Positions 24,407 to 38,923 of a stretch of DNA of 64,000 nucleotides are shown piece after piece. Below the pieces are notes generated by a model. It was not told the origin of the DNA. It saw nothing but the letters and a program-made list of their open reading frames with translations, and searched no databases. The stretch's first letter is position 1, and each line of letters opens with the position of its first letter. The translations under genes were made by a program, and so were the position numbers. Origin of the DNA: Azolla caroliniana (Eukaryota; Plantae; Polypodiophyta); contig JBHGNT010000004.1 in the NCBI GenBank assembly GCA_043228905.1, positions 8,742,001-8,806,000 on the forward strand, in the 5' to 3' direction.

Positions 24407-26062
24407 CCGGAAGCAATAGGACGGCCATCAATGACTACTATAGAGGCTGGACACGAGAGTTTTCTTAGGGATATTTGATGAGCTTGGGCAAAATTCCTAT
24501 CCATGAACCAAGAATTAGCCCCGGAATCTAGGAGTGTTGAGACATGTACTGGAGAGGTACTTTTAGTTCTAACAGTTACTTGGGCTAAGAACACATTGTT
24601 AACTTGCTTAGAGGAAATGGAACCACTAATGGGCTGCACAGATCTAGGGCTGCCCAACCAAATGGCTCCTATTTTGGCTGGACTTAGTCGTTTAACTCTT
24701 CTTCTATTTGACTAAGGACATCAAATTTGTTCGATAGATTTGGACTATTAGTACTATTAGGACTATCAGATATTCCTACTGAAATAGACTTGGGTTTAGT
24801 ACAATTAGGACTAGCAACTATTTGGTTCACCTGTCTTCTTGGCCTATGGGGACAATTCACTGCAATATGCCTTGGTCCACAGCAATAAAGACATAGTTGA
24901 TTTGCTCGATGTTGTTGTTTTTCTTCTTCCGATAATGGTCTGCGACGACGTGTAGTGTCAATTTCCATCGGAGTTGGAGTATTAACTAGAGACGCAATAT
25001 GTGACTCCCTTGGAAAAGGTTTTGCTACCACTGAGGCCTAGGTGAGCTCTGATCTTGCCCTTGGCATTTGGAACTGACGGTCCGAACGCCGTTCGAAAAG
25101 ACGATTGTCGCATCTCACCGCGTGACTGATTGCTTTTGTCAATGACTTTGGTTCTTTGGGGAAGGTCAGGAGTAAATCCTTGACATCATTATGTAGACCA
25201 TAATGAAATTGCTCCATAAGTGCTTGGTCATCCCAGGGGATATTGGGGGCGAGTAGGTGAAAATCTGCAGTGTATGCGGAGGTTGGACGATCACCTTGAC
25301 GTAATCATTGGATTTTGTTGATTGTTGTCCTTATGCTGTCAATGTCTCCAAAACAGGCTTTAAACTCACTTAAAAACTCTTCAAATTTTTTTAGTAAAGG
25401 AGATTCCTTTTCTAATAATGGAGTGAACCATGCTAAAGCTGAGCCACTTAACAACGTGCCTACTAATCCCCCTCGTGATGCATCGGTGGGATATCGGCAA
25501 GGATGCATTTGAATGACTAATCGTAACTGATTAAGGAATCCTCTAAACTGTGATCGCGTTCCATCGAATTTCATGGGAAAACCGATCTTGGGTTCTTTAT
25601 GAACCCCTTGCATACTGGTTCCTTGTTGTTGAATTGCTACTATGGTTGCTTCAAGTTGTTGCACGTGTAACGCTAGTTCCCTGTGTTTTTGTTGCGTCTG
25701 CTGCTTCTCTAAGGAGATTTGTTGAAGCTCCCCCAATAGTCGTTGATTTTCTTGTTCCAATGCCAGAAACTTCTCTTTCAAGCATTGCAACTCCTAAAAC
25801 GCGGATTGATATTCTTGAGCGCTAACAATGGCCATAGTATGAGAGAAAAGATTAATAAGAGATTAGTATGGAGGGAGGGAAGTAAGAAGATAAAGGAAGA
25901 GAAGGAAGGAGAGCAAAATCGGTTCAAACTGTCAGGAGCAGTACTAAGATAGAGAAGTACTGTTAGGAACAATACTAAGACACATAAAGAATTAGTACTA
26001 AAAGATAAGGATTAGTACTAAGGGAGGTGTAGAACTCTCAAAAGAAGGAAAGAGTGAGTGAG

Positions 26063-26115
<53 letters not shown>

Positions 26116-26414
26116 TGATAACAAAAGATATATATTATGTTAAGAGAATATACAATAGTAACTAGGAGGAGGCTTAAGACTGGCGTTGAACCAATTTGGT
26201 TTGAAATAATGCCTTGTGCCTCCTTTTATAGTCTTCTTAGGAGCACTCCTGAAGTTTCTAGAATGTTCCAGAGAAATCTGGAATATACGTCAATTTTCTA
26301 TAGTAAAACTTAAATGAAAATAATATCCTTTGTATTACAGCAAATAGTCTAATGGTCAAGAGCTCGACCCATGTTACATAAGGTCATGGGTTCGAGTATT
26401 GCCATATCATGACA
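24407..26414 (-). mobile_element. 5' part of a Tcn1-like chromovirus (LTR 25930-26414, gag, protease)
   Basis: EPKIGFPMKFDGTRSQFRGF gag, PTPMEID, CLYC..HIAVNC knuckle, LLDSGANSWF protease truncated at IDGRPIASG; LTR bounded by TGTCA/TGACA; (GA)n tract 26066-26110. Confidence 0.87.
26344..26403 (+). other. tRNA-like A/B-box module in LTR
   Basis: ATAGTCTAATGGTCAAG...AAGGTCATGGGTTCGAGT, antisense to the element. Confidence 0.65.
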
Positions 26415-27317
26415 ATTTGTATCTCGAAAGCAAGCCTTAAACTCCTCGAAACTATGCAGTAGAGGAGAGTTTGTCTCTAGTAATGGAGAAAACCATGACA
26501 ACGCTATGCCAATCAATAAGGTGCCCACTAACCCGACTCGTGATGCATTTGTCAGATAACGTGTGGGATCCATTTGAATTACCAACCTCACTTGATTCAA
26601 GAAACCTCGGAAATGCCCCCTCGAACCTTCAAATTTAGCTAGGAGGCTGATTTTGGGCTCCTTGATAATTCCTTGACGTTCGTTTGTTGTTGTAAAACTA
26701 CGATTGTCGATTCTAATTGTTGTACCCGTCACGTAAACTCCTCTTGTTGTTGTTTCTCCATAGTAACCTTTTGTAGATATCCAAGAAGACGTTGATTCTC
26801 TAATGCAAGAGATGCAAACTTGGATTTAAGATTCTCCATTTTTGCAACAAGGGTGAGATATTCTTCTAAGTTGATGGCAACCATGGTTTCATGATGTTTA
26901 TAGACGAGGATAAAGGAGAGAGAGATGAATTCGAATCAAACTGTCAGAACCAAGAGAAAGATAGAGTGACAGAAGAAAGATATAAAGAGATCACAAGAAG
27001 AGAGGAATGAAATGATAAGAGAAGAATGAATATATTAGATAGAATGAGAATGGACATGAGATAGCTTATGAGAGAGAGCTTAAGACTGGTGTTGATTCGA
27101 ATTGGTTTGAGAAGAATTGTACATGTCTATATTTATAGGTTCCTATAGAATGTTCTAGAATGTTCCAGAGTATTTACCATAATCAGTGTATTATAAGAAG
27201 TAGCTTTTATCATCTTATATGATCATAGGTTATCTTAATGGTTAGGTTCTTGATTATGTATTACAAGGTCTTGGGTTCAAGCCCAAGTGAAGCCATGATG
27301 TTTATGTATTCATGACA
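26415..27317 (-). mobile_element. 5' part of a second Tcn1-like element (LTR 26942-27317, gag N-terminus)
   Basis: EPKISLLAKFEGSRGHFRGF gag interrupted at 26414 by the previous element; LTR bounded by TGTCA/TGACA; tRNA-like module at 27229-27285. Confidence 0.83.
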
Positions 27318-28053
27318 CTCACGAGGAGAAAGAACTATGCCGATTTTCATTGCGATTGATGGAAGTACAACCATGTATCCTTAGGGATTCTTTGGAAAAA
27401 AATGGAAAATTCATAATTTTGATGGGATCAAAGCCTAGTTTCCATGGCACAAAACATGCAATCACATTCCGAATATTAATCATATTACCATTCAACATTA
27501 CGTCTATGGACTCAGTTGTATCCAATTCTAAGTAATAAAAACCATGCCGAATGAACTAAACATCAATTATTTTTCCTATCCAATGTTGAAACGCCACCTG
27601 AAGGAGATCTCGCAAATCCCCTCTATTCGGCTGTAAACCTATTACACTGCACACTATTGAATAGGAGTGTAGATGACTTACCTCTCTTCTCCGCATGACC
27701 TCTTCTTCCCCCGTAAAGACGACAATGATAGCAAAATGTAGAGGAGTGGCTGGGGCGCTGTGTCAGAGTTCCCCTGACATAACGTGTCAACTATCTTCTA
27801 CTTCATCTTCTTCAATGTTCTCTGTTTTTTCTTATCACATACGTCAATGAAATGTTAGATCGTAGTATGTAATGTATTTATGTATGTGTATGTACATATT
27901 TACATATGCTAATATATATCATTTGTACATATATTTATGTTTAGTGAGTATGCATGTATAAATGGGTGTAATGTATGTATATACATATTCATGGATGTAA
28001 TGTTTGAATGTAGGTATGTATGCATGCATGCATGTATATGTATGTATGTATAT

Positions 28054-28857
28054 TGACAGGAACTGGACGTTCCTTATGCGCAAGACTTGGCCACAACCGA
28101 GATTCTTGTCATACACAGGAAAACAGGTAATGAAACGCGACACAAAGAAGAGAAATGGTACACAGGAGGTTTATGTGGAAAACCCCAAACTAGGGGAATA
28201 ACCACGGCAGCCCACAGGCTGCAAACTGTCACTATGTATGAATGTACAAAACAATGAGTTCACGGAGGCAACGACCTCGGACTCACGCTCTTCGCCACAG
28301 GCGGCGGTTACAACAGAGGTAGTGACCTCTTTCTCTCTCTCTCTCTCTGTACAACGTTACGCACACTAATCTCGTGTAATAACGAAAAATTGACAACCAC
28401 AACTATTAGTTTGCCCTAAGTCATATTTATACTAATATGACGTTTCGGCTATTTACAAATATAGCCACGATGGGCTCTCAGAAACATATTTACGAATATG
28501 TCTCTTCCTCCGGTTCATACCGGGTCTGCACCATCCGGCTCTCCGTAGCCGGGTTCTCCTCATCCGGTTCGTACCGGGCCTGCACCATCCGGCTCTCCGT
28601 AGCCGGGTACTCCTCATCCGGTTCATACCGGGTCTGCACCATCCGGCTCTCCGTAGCCCGACACTCCTCATCCGGTTCATACCGGGCTTGCACCATCTGG
28701 CTCTCCGTAGCCGGGTACTCCTCATCCGATTCATACCGGGCCTGCACCATCCGGCTCTCCGTAGCCGGGTACTCCTCATACGGTTTCGGCCTCGGCCAAG
28801 TTTGTTCATCGTCACTGATCTTCTTCCTTCCCATCCGAAGGGACCTGTTTCCCAACA
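28054..28857 (-). mobile_element. Ty1/Copia solo LTR with 5-bp TSD TATAT
   Basis: Near-identical to LTRs 54729-55480 and 59463-60442; TATAT on both sides; five 54-bp repeat units; inserted beside a TATG-rich low-complexity tract. Confidence 0.95.
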
Positions 28858-29099
28858 TATATATGCTACTCCAAATTTGAGTATTGTTTGCATAATATAT
28901 TCTTTACTATCTCATTGAAATATGTAATATTTCATGGGGTTATGAAATTGCTTTCACTAGCATAATCGATAATACCCTTCTGTAAATATATTTTCAAATA
29001 TTTATTAATACCCTTATATATATACATTCTGTATCTTTGTGACTAATTTAAACCCCTTTTGATGAACTCACGTGGTATCATACAAGTTTTGACAGTGAA

Positions 29100-31210
29100 C
29101 TCCCTAGGGGACGAAGTGAACCAAATTGGTAAAATGGTCGACCGTTACTATCACCGAGTCGACTCTATCAACTTGAGCTAAGTTGGTGATGAAGTTCAGT
29201 GACATAGATGCCCACAACCTGCTTGGAATGGGAGTTGTTAGAGCAAATTGTATGAACGATGATATGCTACTTTGGATCAAGCACAAGTATTGCATGTCTT
29301 GATGAATTCTGTCGTGGCCCAAGCTTCAAAGAAGATGTAGACGTCTAAGAAAAGAAGATAATGAGAGCATGAAGCAAATTATGAGAAAGGTTAGCTTGAA
29401 TTTCTTTGAGTTGTTCTAGAGGATCCTTGGCCGTGGGATTGTAAGAATAACATCATAGCCTTGGGAAGATGGGAGATCTGTGATGAAATCGATAGAAATG
29501 GATTTTCACGGACCATCAGGAATGGGCAATGGGTGCAACTAACCATATGGCCGATGTCGAGGCATCTTTGATTGACAACATACATCACATGTAGAAAAAT
29601 AGTCTACGACAAATTGACGAACCTGAGGCCACCAATAGTTTTAGGTAACTAGCTCCAATGTTTTCAAAACTCCGAAATGTCCAGCTAATGGTGAATCATG
29701 GCAGTGATGCAAGACTTCAAGTAGAGAAGGTCCATTGGGAATATAAGTACGGTTGTTTCGATAAAAAATCCCATAATGCCAACTGAAGTTCCCATAATCC
29801 ATGCGAGAAAAGTTGGAGCGTGTACAAGAAGCACGATTTGGAACAATGTGGTCTAAAATGTATTGTGCAAAATCATTTGAACCAATGCTTGAGCGAATAG
29901 AATCAAGAAATTTTGAATCCAAAGTTGTCTCAGCAACATTTGTCACCATTAATTGTAGATGACTAGGGCTCAAAAGGACTTGTTCTTGATGGTCATAAGT
30001 TGGGTTCCCCAGTTTTGGTGCAAAATAAGAGCGTCTTGATAAGGCATCAACTTTACCTTGTTGTATTCCTAGTCGATATGTTATCATAAAGTTGAACCGT
30101 GACAAAAATTGTGTCCACCGAGCTTGTTGTCGATTTAGGACTCGAGCATTCTGAAAGTATGTGAGGTTTTTATGATCACTGTAAACAACAATTTGGTGGG
30201 GAGAACCTTCCAAGAAGTGAAACCATTGTTCGAAAGAATCAACAATTGCCAACAATTATTTGTCATGGTTTTCATAATTGATTTCTACAGGTTCAAACTT
30301 TCTTGAATGAAATGCAATTGGATGCAATTTCTCATCATGCGCTATTTGCGATACAACACTTCCTAGTGCAAAATCAAATGTATCTACTTCTATGATAAAC
30401 GGCTTTTCAAGGTCAACGTGGACCAAAATCGGAGCAGATGTAAATGCTTGCTTCAAGCTATCAAATGCATCGGATGCGCTTGTCGTGCATACAAATGTTT
30501 GGTTCTTCTGTGATAGTTTTGTGAGGGGCAAAGAAACTTTTGAGTAACTCATGATGAACTTGTGGTAGAAATTTGCAAATCCCAAGAAACATTGCAAGTC
30601 GCAAACTAAGCCTGGTGTCTTCCAATCTAGAACTGTTTGTACTTTCTTTGGATCTATAGAAATACCTTCCAGAGAGATCATATACCCTAGAAATTCCACT
30701 TGATTGCGGTCAAACCAACATTTCTCAGAGTTTGGCATAAAGACCAAATTCCCGTAATCGTTGCAGAACTTGTTGAACATGGTTATCGTGCTCTTCTTGT
30801 GTCTATAAGTATATTAGTATGTCATCCAAGTAAATTAGTGTGAAGATATCAAGGAAATCTCGAAAGATATCATTTTCCATATGTTGGAAAATTGTTGGAG
30901 CATTTGTACGATTGAATGGCATTACTGTGTACTCGAAGTAACCATATCGCGTGCAAAAAGCAGTTTTCCATTCATCACAAGGTTGAATACGAACAAGGTT
31001 ATAAGCACCTCGTAAGTCTAGCCTTGTGAAGTATTTGGACCCACTAAGATATTCCAAGAGATTTGGAATCAATGGTAGAGCATATCGATTTCGGATCATA
31101 ACCTTGTTCAACCCTCGACAATCTAAGACCAAACGTAAACATCCTTCTTTCTTCTTAATGAAAAAAATAGGAGTGCTAGCAGGAGATTGAGAATGTTGAT
31201 TAAAGACTTG
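29100..31210 (-). pseudogene. Tcn1-like pol fragments (RT, RNase H, partial integrase)
   Basis: [43 protein letters not shown]; many frameshifts and stops. Confidence 0.88.
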
Positions 31211-32973
31211 TATTCTTGATTAACCACCCACCCGATTCTGGTTGGAATCGTATCCATCGTTACGTAAACCGGAGTTTCCGCCTTGTATATCGATTTTCGG
31301 AGAGCTGATGCTACTGTCAACCTATCCTTTAGATTCCGGACAACCCCTATGTGCTCTACACCCCATTTGAACTTCTGACCTTCCTTTAGCAATAGGTAGA
31401 GCGGTTCGGCAAGGTGTGGGTAGTGTGGGATCCAAATGTGGTAGATGGCGCATGCTCCCAAGAATCTCCGGACTTCCGAGACCGACCCCCATTCCTCCTT
31501 CATCGCGGAGATGGCCTCTACTTTCGCCGGAGACGGTTTCCGGCAGTATGGTCCACACAGGTGCCCCACTACTAGGATCTCGGGTTGTCCGAAAGCCGAC
31601 TTCTTCCCAGAGAAGGTAAGTCGAGCTCTCTCACACCTCTGCAGTATCTTCTCGCAGTCGGAGATGTGGTCCGCGACAAAACTCTGGCATCTATTCGGCC
31701 CGATCAATTCATCTTTCGCTTCCTCCGGACATCCCTTGATCGGGATGTCATCCAAGAAAGGCATGGTGATGTCCGAGATGTAGTCCTACAAGACCTTGTT
31801 CATTGCATTCACCATGTGTGCCACCGAGTTGGTCCCTCCTTGTGGCAAGGTACACATCCGAACCAAGCTGAGAGGAGTTTGCATCGTCATGATGTCCCCA
31901 CTCTCTATGGCTAGCTGGAATTGGTCATATCTGGAGAATAAGTCGTCGACCGAGTAGGTCGACCTTCCCATGAAGGCTTCCGCAAACTCGTCAATTGTCG
32001 GCCCGATCCCTGCGTTTCGAATGGTTACTTTGTTGATCGGCTCCAGGTCTTGAATGAAGTGTAGCATGTCGTTCTTCTTCGGCACGGTTAATCACCAATT
32101 CGAGTTGGGGCACTCGATGGCTCGAGGACCCCCATCTCGATCTTTTGTTTGAGTACCTCTGTCAACTTCCGTATGTGAGCTCTCAACATAGAAACTAGCC
32201 TGAGATTCCATGGTACGTGCGGTACCATGAAGATCACCATTGGATCCACGATCATCGGGTCAACGCACCCGATCTCCCCTAGCAAGAGTGTGAAGTCTTT
32301 CCCGAGCCTTCCTAGCATCCTTCGAAACCGGTCTTCCTCCGCGGGTAGTAAGAAGCCACCCCCACCGATCTTGAGCTCCCGTAGCATCTCGTCAATGAAC
32401 CGATGTCCTATGCCGGCCCGATTTCATAAACTTGGGTTGGCCGCGACCCCTTTTATCCGTTCCCAGCTATCCTCTGGCAAGGGAGTGTTACCGGCTGGCA
32501 AAGGAGTCAGAGTGGGAAACGGAGAGTTATTTAAGTAGTAGGAATGTGGTTGTAATTAAGCTATGAGTGTGGACGGACGGACCGGAAACGGTATGCCGTT
32601 CCGGATCCGGACCGATCCCGAACAGGTGCGGATGGCACCGTTTTGTAATACAGACCGGAAACCTATTTAAAGGACCGGGTACAATGTAATCAATAGCGGT
32701 TAATTAATGAAAGCTTAAGCGTTGTTATCTCTCTGTGTTAATTGTCGTTCTGTCTTAATTGTTATATCTTACGCGTGTGTTATGAAAGACGATCCTAATA
32801 ACTAACTTAATTAAATTGGATTAAGCGTTGAAGTCTAATCCGGTTGCCGTAACACCCTTTGGGGAAGTGTCTTCTGTAGACACCCTGTGTTAGGCCATTG
32901 TCCGGCCCTAAGAGTTAACACAGTTTTTGGTGACCACGATTCCTGTTTTTGCAGCAAACGACGGCACGGATGG

Positions 32974-35900
32974 ATGTCTAGATCAACGCACGACCTGGTT
33001 ACAGATCAAACTCGACGCCTTGCCGAAAGGCAAAGGAGACGCGAGGCTTTCCAGCAAGCGGCGCAGGAAATTAGAGCGGATCGCTCGTTTTCCAACGTAA
33101 TCCGGAGAGTAGCGGAGGACTCCCTCTGGTTACAGCAAACATCGCACCCGGACTACAGCAGCAACCTAAGCAGCCTCCGGGAAACCGAATCCCTTCTCCA
33201 CGCGTTGGCAAACGGAGAAGGCAAAGCAGAGGCCTTTTCAGCATATGAATCGGACTCCGAAGGGGAATACAACGTGCACACGAACTACCGTAGCAGCAAC
33301 GAAACCCCGGGCGGACCGGAGGATGAAGGATCGGATACCTTACCGACACTGGAATCGGAAGTGCTAACACTGGAACCTCCGGAACCAGCAGAGGAAGAAC
33401 GACCTCCGACACCGGAAGTCGAAGAGGAGAGGCCTCCGTCACCAAAGGAAGAGGAAAAACAAACGACGCCGGAAACAAATCGGGAAAGACCACCGACGCC
33501 GGAGAAAATTCCGGAACGAGCACCAACACTACCAGCCCGTGCACCGATACCGGACGACGACATGCCGTTCTAGTACTCCAAGTATAGAGATGATCCAGAC
33601 GTGGAAGCTCATGTGCACGCCTTTGAACAGACATGGGAAACCAACCATGTGTCCCAGCGATTGACCCCGGAGGAAGAAGAACGCTCTAAGATAGCGGAAT
33701 TTGGCGTCACATTGGAGGGACCGGCAACAAGATGGCGCCGGACGCAGGACCCGTCTACCATCAACACCTTTGCAGATTTAAAAGCTAAATTCTTGCATTT
33801 TTTTCAAAAGGAGGTGGACCAAACCGTAATGGTAGGCTTATTTTATACCATGCGGCAAGAGGCAGGGGAGAGCATTCCCCAATTTGTCATCCGGTTTCAA
33901 CGGATGCATAGTCAGCTTGCCCACGCACCCCGGGAAGAGGAATTACGGACTATATTCCTAAACGCGCTCCGGAAACCCCTACGCACGGTTTGCACGGTAA
34001 TCGAGTTCCACACAAGTACCATCGACCAGGTCATTGACCGGGTGAGAGAGATGGAAAAGACAAGCTCCTGGCTCACACTGGGAGCACTTCAACGGGCGTT
34101 ACCGTCCGATGAAGACCTCCGGTTTCGGCAAGCAATACAATGCACAACCTGCTTGAATTCCGGACACTCGGCTCTAGAATGCACTATGAGGACGCAATGT
34201 GTAATCTATCAATCCAAGAGCCATACGACGGATAGGTGCGAGTATAATCTGTTGAATCGGCAAGCACCGCCCGTCTGACAAATTGAGCCACACAATAGCC
34301 GGGATGAAGAAGACGAACGCTAGCGGCGAATGGACCGTGACCGACCGGCACAGGATGTCTGATATGGCGAGCGACGGGAAAATGATGTCCGGTATGGCGA
34401 TCGATAGGAAAATGATGTCTGGTACGGTGATCGGCGGGATAACTATGACCGGCATGATCGGTACCAGGATTACAATAGACGATACGAACATTACGACCGG
34501 GAGCACTCCCCCGGGTATCGTCAGCAACGGGAGGAATACGGCAGATATAACGGGCAACCCCGTCAAGAGTACTGTAATAAGAAGAGCTATAACAAAAAAC
34601 GGCATTTTTAAAAAGGCGGCTACCCCCGGGATCCGGAACAAGGAGCTCCAAGCAACCAACCGGTACAAAACCCCGCGCGTACCGCAAGACCTGCCCCGGG
34701 TACAACAGACAATGCCGAATCTAGCAATACCCGAAAGTCCTACTGCTACTACTACCGACAGGAAGGCCATTATAGTAACCAATGCCCGGTGAAAAGCTAT
34801 GAAAAACGACCGGCGGTAAATATGGTAGTCCCTGAGGTGGCAGATCTGCAGCAAGTGACCACAAGGTCGAAGGGCATGGCCAAAGAATGGGAGACACAGG
34901 AGACCATCCAGAAACAAGCAACGGAATGGGTAAAGAAAGCAAAGGAGCAGAATGTCACAGACTTACAGCGGCAAAAGGAGAACACCGCAGGGCTTGCCGG
35001 CGGTAATCACTCCGAGAACGAGACATGGCAGGCGTTGCAAGAATGCCAGATTACGTTACCACTAGGAAGACTCCTACAACTTGTGCCAAGATTCACGGAA
35101 GGACTGAAGACGGCCATGACGGCAGGAGAACCATCACCGGCACCAGTACTCTTCTCGAATCTGGAGGAGGGACCAACGGTGGTGGACACCAGCAGTCCGG
35201 TAATCACTGCCATTGTAAAAGGGAAAGAACTCCCCGGCACAGTTATAGACGGAGGCTCTGGGGTGAATGTAATAAGCCTCCGGACGTGTGATGACCTAGG
35301 AATCCACGAGTGGGAGCCGTGTCCGTTCTGGTTCCGGATGGCCGATACAAGCTCAGTGCGGCTGACAGGATTAATACGGAAATTAGAAGTCACCGTCGGC
35401 GGTCATACATTTCACATCTCGGCCGTAGTGCTACAATTACAGGCACAAGGCGCATACCCGCTATTGCTGGGGCGGCCATGGTTGAAAATGGCACATATCA
35501 AACAGAATTGGCGAAAAAATATAATTACCTTCCGGTGAGGAAAAGCCAAGGTATGGGTACCAACACAACCAAGGACGAGCACTGGCAAGGAATGTACACC
35601 GTTGTATGCGGAATGCGTCAACATGCTAGAAGGGTTAGCGGACGAAGAAGAAGCTCAATACCTGCAGGAAACCCGAAGATCATACCCCTCTTCGAAATTG
35701 ACATTGCCGAAGCAGTAGCACCATACTTACCGCAACCGGAAGAGGCTGAAGCAGAACCGGATAAAGATGCAATCCGGGAGTTACGGCAAGCGCAGGAAGC
35801 GTTGGAACGGGAAATGGCCGTTTCACAGCGCGTGAAAGCGTCGCAACTGGAAGAGGTGAACCTAGGCACCACGAACGAAGCAAAACCGGTGCACATCGCC

Positions 35901-38771
35901 AAGGAGATGAAGTCCGGAGACAAAACGGTCATAACACTTCTCACAGAATTTCGCGACGTATTCACCTGGTCATACGAAGATATGCGAGGACTCGACCCTC
36001 AGTTACACCAGCATCAAGTGCACTTGAGCAAGGATGCAAAACCAGTGGCACAAAGACGGTACCGAATGAATCCCAATTATGCCGCCAAAGTCAAGGAGGA
36101 AATCGACAAACTGCTAAGAGTTGGCTTTATCCGTCCGGTAAAGAAAGTGACATGGCTGAGCCCAATCGTAGTTGTACCGAAGAAGAACGGAAAAATTCGA
36201 GTTTGCGTGGACTATCGGAAACTCAATGCGGCTACGGTAACGGATGCGTTTCCACTTCCGTTCACATATGGAGTGTTGGATGCCGTCACCGGCCATGAGG
36301 TCTATAGCTTCCTAGACGGATTCAGCGGGTATAATCAGATCCGGATGCACCCCGACGACCAAGAGAAAACGGCATTCGTCACCGAATGGGGGGTCTTTGT
36401 GGCCGTGGTGATGATGTTCGGACTCAAAACGGCACCGGCAACATTTCAACGAATCATCATGGAAATCTTTGGTGAATATACACCGGCTTTTATGCAGGTT
36501 TTCCTTGACGATTTCGCCGTCTATAGCCGGGAGGAGGACCATTTTCAGCACCTCCGTCTTTGTCTAGAAAAGTGTAGAGTGTACCGGCTAAGCTTGAATT
36601 AGGCAAAGTGTGTATTTGGCGTGTCTAGTGGAACTTTATTAGGACATATTGTGAGCCAGGAAGGTATTGCAGTCGACCCGGACAAAGTGAAAGCCATATT
36701 AGAAGCACCGGCGCCGGCAACGGCAAAGGCATTAAGCCGGTTCTTAGGCCAAATCCGGTGGCACAACCGGATGCTCTGATACTTGGCCGACCTGGCTACA
36801 CCGTTGCATGCCGCCGTACATCAGACACCATTCCAGTGGACCGACACTGAGAATAGGGCGTATAAGGCCCTCAAGGTACTATTGTCGCAGGCACCGGTAG
36901 TGCAGCCTCCGAATTGGAGTAAAGAATTTCACGTGTTCGTGGACGCCTCCGACATCGCAATCGGAAGCGTACTAATGCAGCTTACGGAACCGAAGTGGTA
37001 CCGGCTAGTGTACTATGCCAGTCGGAAGTTATCCCAAGCAGAACGGAACTACTCTACTACGGAACGGGAAGCTCTAGGGATGATCTACAGTGTGACAAAG
37101 TTTCGGCATTATTTGTTGGGAAGGAAGTTTTCCTTCCATGTAGATCATTCGGTACTCCTTTACCTGGTGTCCAAAGCGTCACTCACCGGCAAATTGGCCC
37201 GGTGGACCTTACTGTTACAGGAGTTCGAGTTTGAAATATTCCACCGACCCGGTATACAGCATGCCGTGGAGGATTACTTAAGCCGATTAGAGTCTGGAGA
37301 GACGGGTGACGGAGTAGCGGATGAGTTTCCGGATGCAGAGCTGTTTTGAGTCACTACGGAGACGGCAGCAGATGAGACGGTGGCACAGGAAGACAAATGG
37401 CTCACAAATATGCACCAGTTTCTGAGCACAGGACTGCCTCCGGAAGAGATGAACCGGGACGAACGGAAACGCCTGGCGGTGCAAAGCCGACATTTCTGCT
37501 TACTGCAAGACACACTGTACCACAAGGGCGCGGACGGCATATGGAGACGGGCGGTGCGCAGCGATGAAAAGGAACTGATACTGAGGGAAGCCCACTGCGG
37601 AGTTGCCGGAGGTCACTATGCCAGAGATGCGACGGCCAGAAAAATATGGCAAAGTGGCCTATGGTGGACAACGACATTAAGAGATGCGGTACGGTACGCA
37701 AAAGAATGTGACCTATGCCAGAGAATGGGCCAGCCAACGGAGCAGGCTCGTATGCCACACCAGCCGGTACTACCACTCGAGCCATTCCAAAAGTGGGGGC
37801 TGGACTTTGTAGGACCGTTCAAGCCACCGGCAATGAGAACGGGTATTCGGTACGTTATCGTTGCTATGGATTACTGCACGAAATGGGTGGAGGCCAAAGC
37901 TTTACGGGATAACACCGCTGCGTCAACGACGAAGTTTCTATATGAGTACATCTGGTGCTGTTACGGATGCCCAATTAAATTAATAAGTGACCAAGGGGGG
38001 CACTTTCTCGGCCAAGTAGTGGAAAGCCTGACGACCTTCTATGTCGTTGTACACAAACGGAGCACACCTTACTATCCACAGGCGAACGGTTTAGCGGAAT
38101 CAACAAACAAGACGCTCCAGAATATCCTCCGAAAGATCGTCAACGAAAACCGCACAGATTGGGACACAAAGCTACATAGCGCGCTTTGGGCATACCGGAC
38201 GGCATACAAAACGAGCATCCGAACAACACCGTTCCGGTTAGCGTTCGGACTAGAGGCGGTCATGCCGGTAGAATTCCAAGTACCTAGCTTATGGATCCAG
38301 CTATGGGAACGGCTGAACGAGAAGGAGTCGGAGGCAATAAGGTTGACAGCGCTGTGTGAGCTCGAGGAACAACGACTGGCCAGCATCCTACATTTAGAAT
38401 TGGAGCAACGGCGACGGAAAGCATTTGTCGACCGGCACAGGAAAGGTAACGAAAAAATGTTCGCAATCGGCAAACCGGTGTTAGTATTCCAAACCCGGAT
38501 GGGCAAGATGCCGGGTAAACTACGGTTTAGATGGACCGGACTGTATTGGCTAACACGGGAGTATAATGGGTCCTACCAGTTAGGGACACTTGCCGGCGAA
38601 GTGCTAGGCAAATGGGTCAACGGATTCCGGTTGAAGGCATATAGAGGACCGATGCCTAAGAACCCGTTTGAGCAAAGGACCTACGGCAACCACCAAGACG
38701 GCAGAGAAGGCGAGCCGGTAACTGGGGAGAATGAGGCCGGTAAGGGTTCGAGAGGACCAACGGACAAGTGA
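32974..38771 (+). pseudogene. gag-pol of the 10.6-kb element
   Basis: gag with CTTCLNSGH knuckle; protease IDGGSGVN; RT VDYRKLN, MMFGLKTAP, FLDD; RNase H FVDASD; integrase GLDFVGP, QANGLAES; several stops and frameshifts. Confidence 0.93.
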
Positions 38772-38923
38772 CGTCAAACTAATAATAATCATAAATAATA
38801 ATAATAAAAACAATCAATCATGCAAAAGCGAGGAATGAATGGATGAAAGAGCGAGGAGCGAAAAGGTACGTAGTGGGCATTTAAAGCGCCACCACAGGAC
38901 ATAATGCTATTTTAGTACACGAC

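Noticed and set aside
26066-26110. (GA)n microsatellite
   Set aside because: Ordinary simple repeat in an LTR leader region.
27318-28053. Possible host exon between elements
   Set aside because: Short ORFs without recognisable motifs plus TATG-type low complexity; cannot be supported.
28437-28893. Repeat-protein ORFs (SSSGSYR..., MVQARYEPDEE...)
   Set aside because: Open in several frames on both strands only because the stop-free unit is a multiple of 3; LTR sequence.
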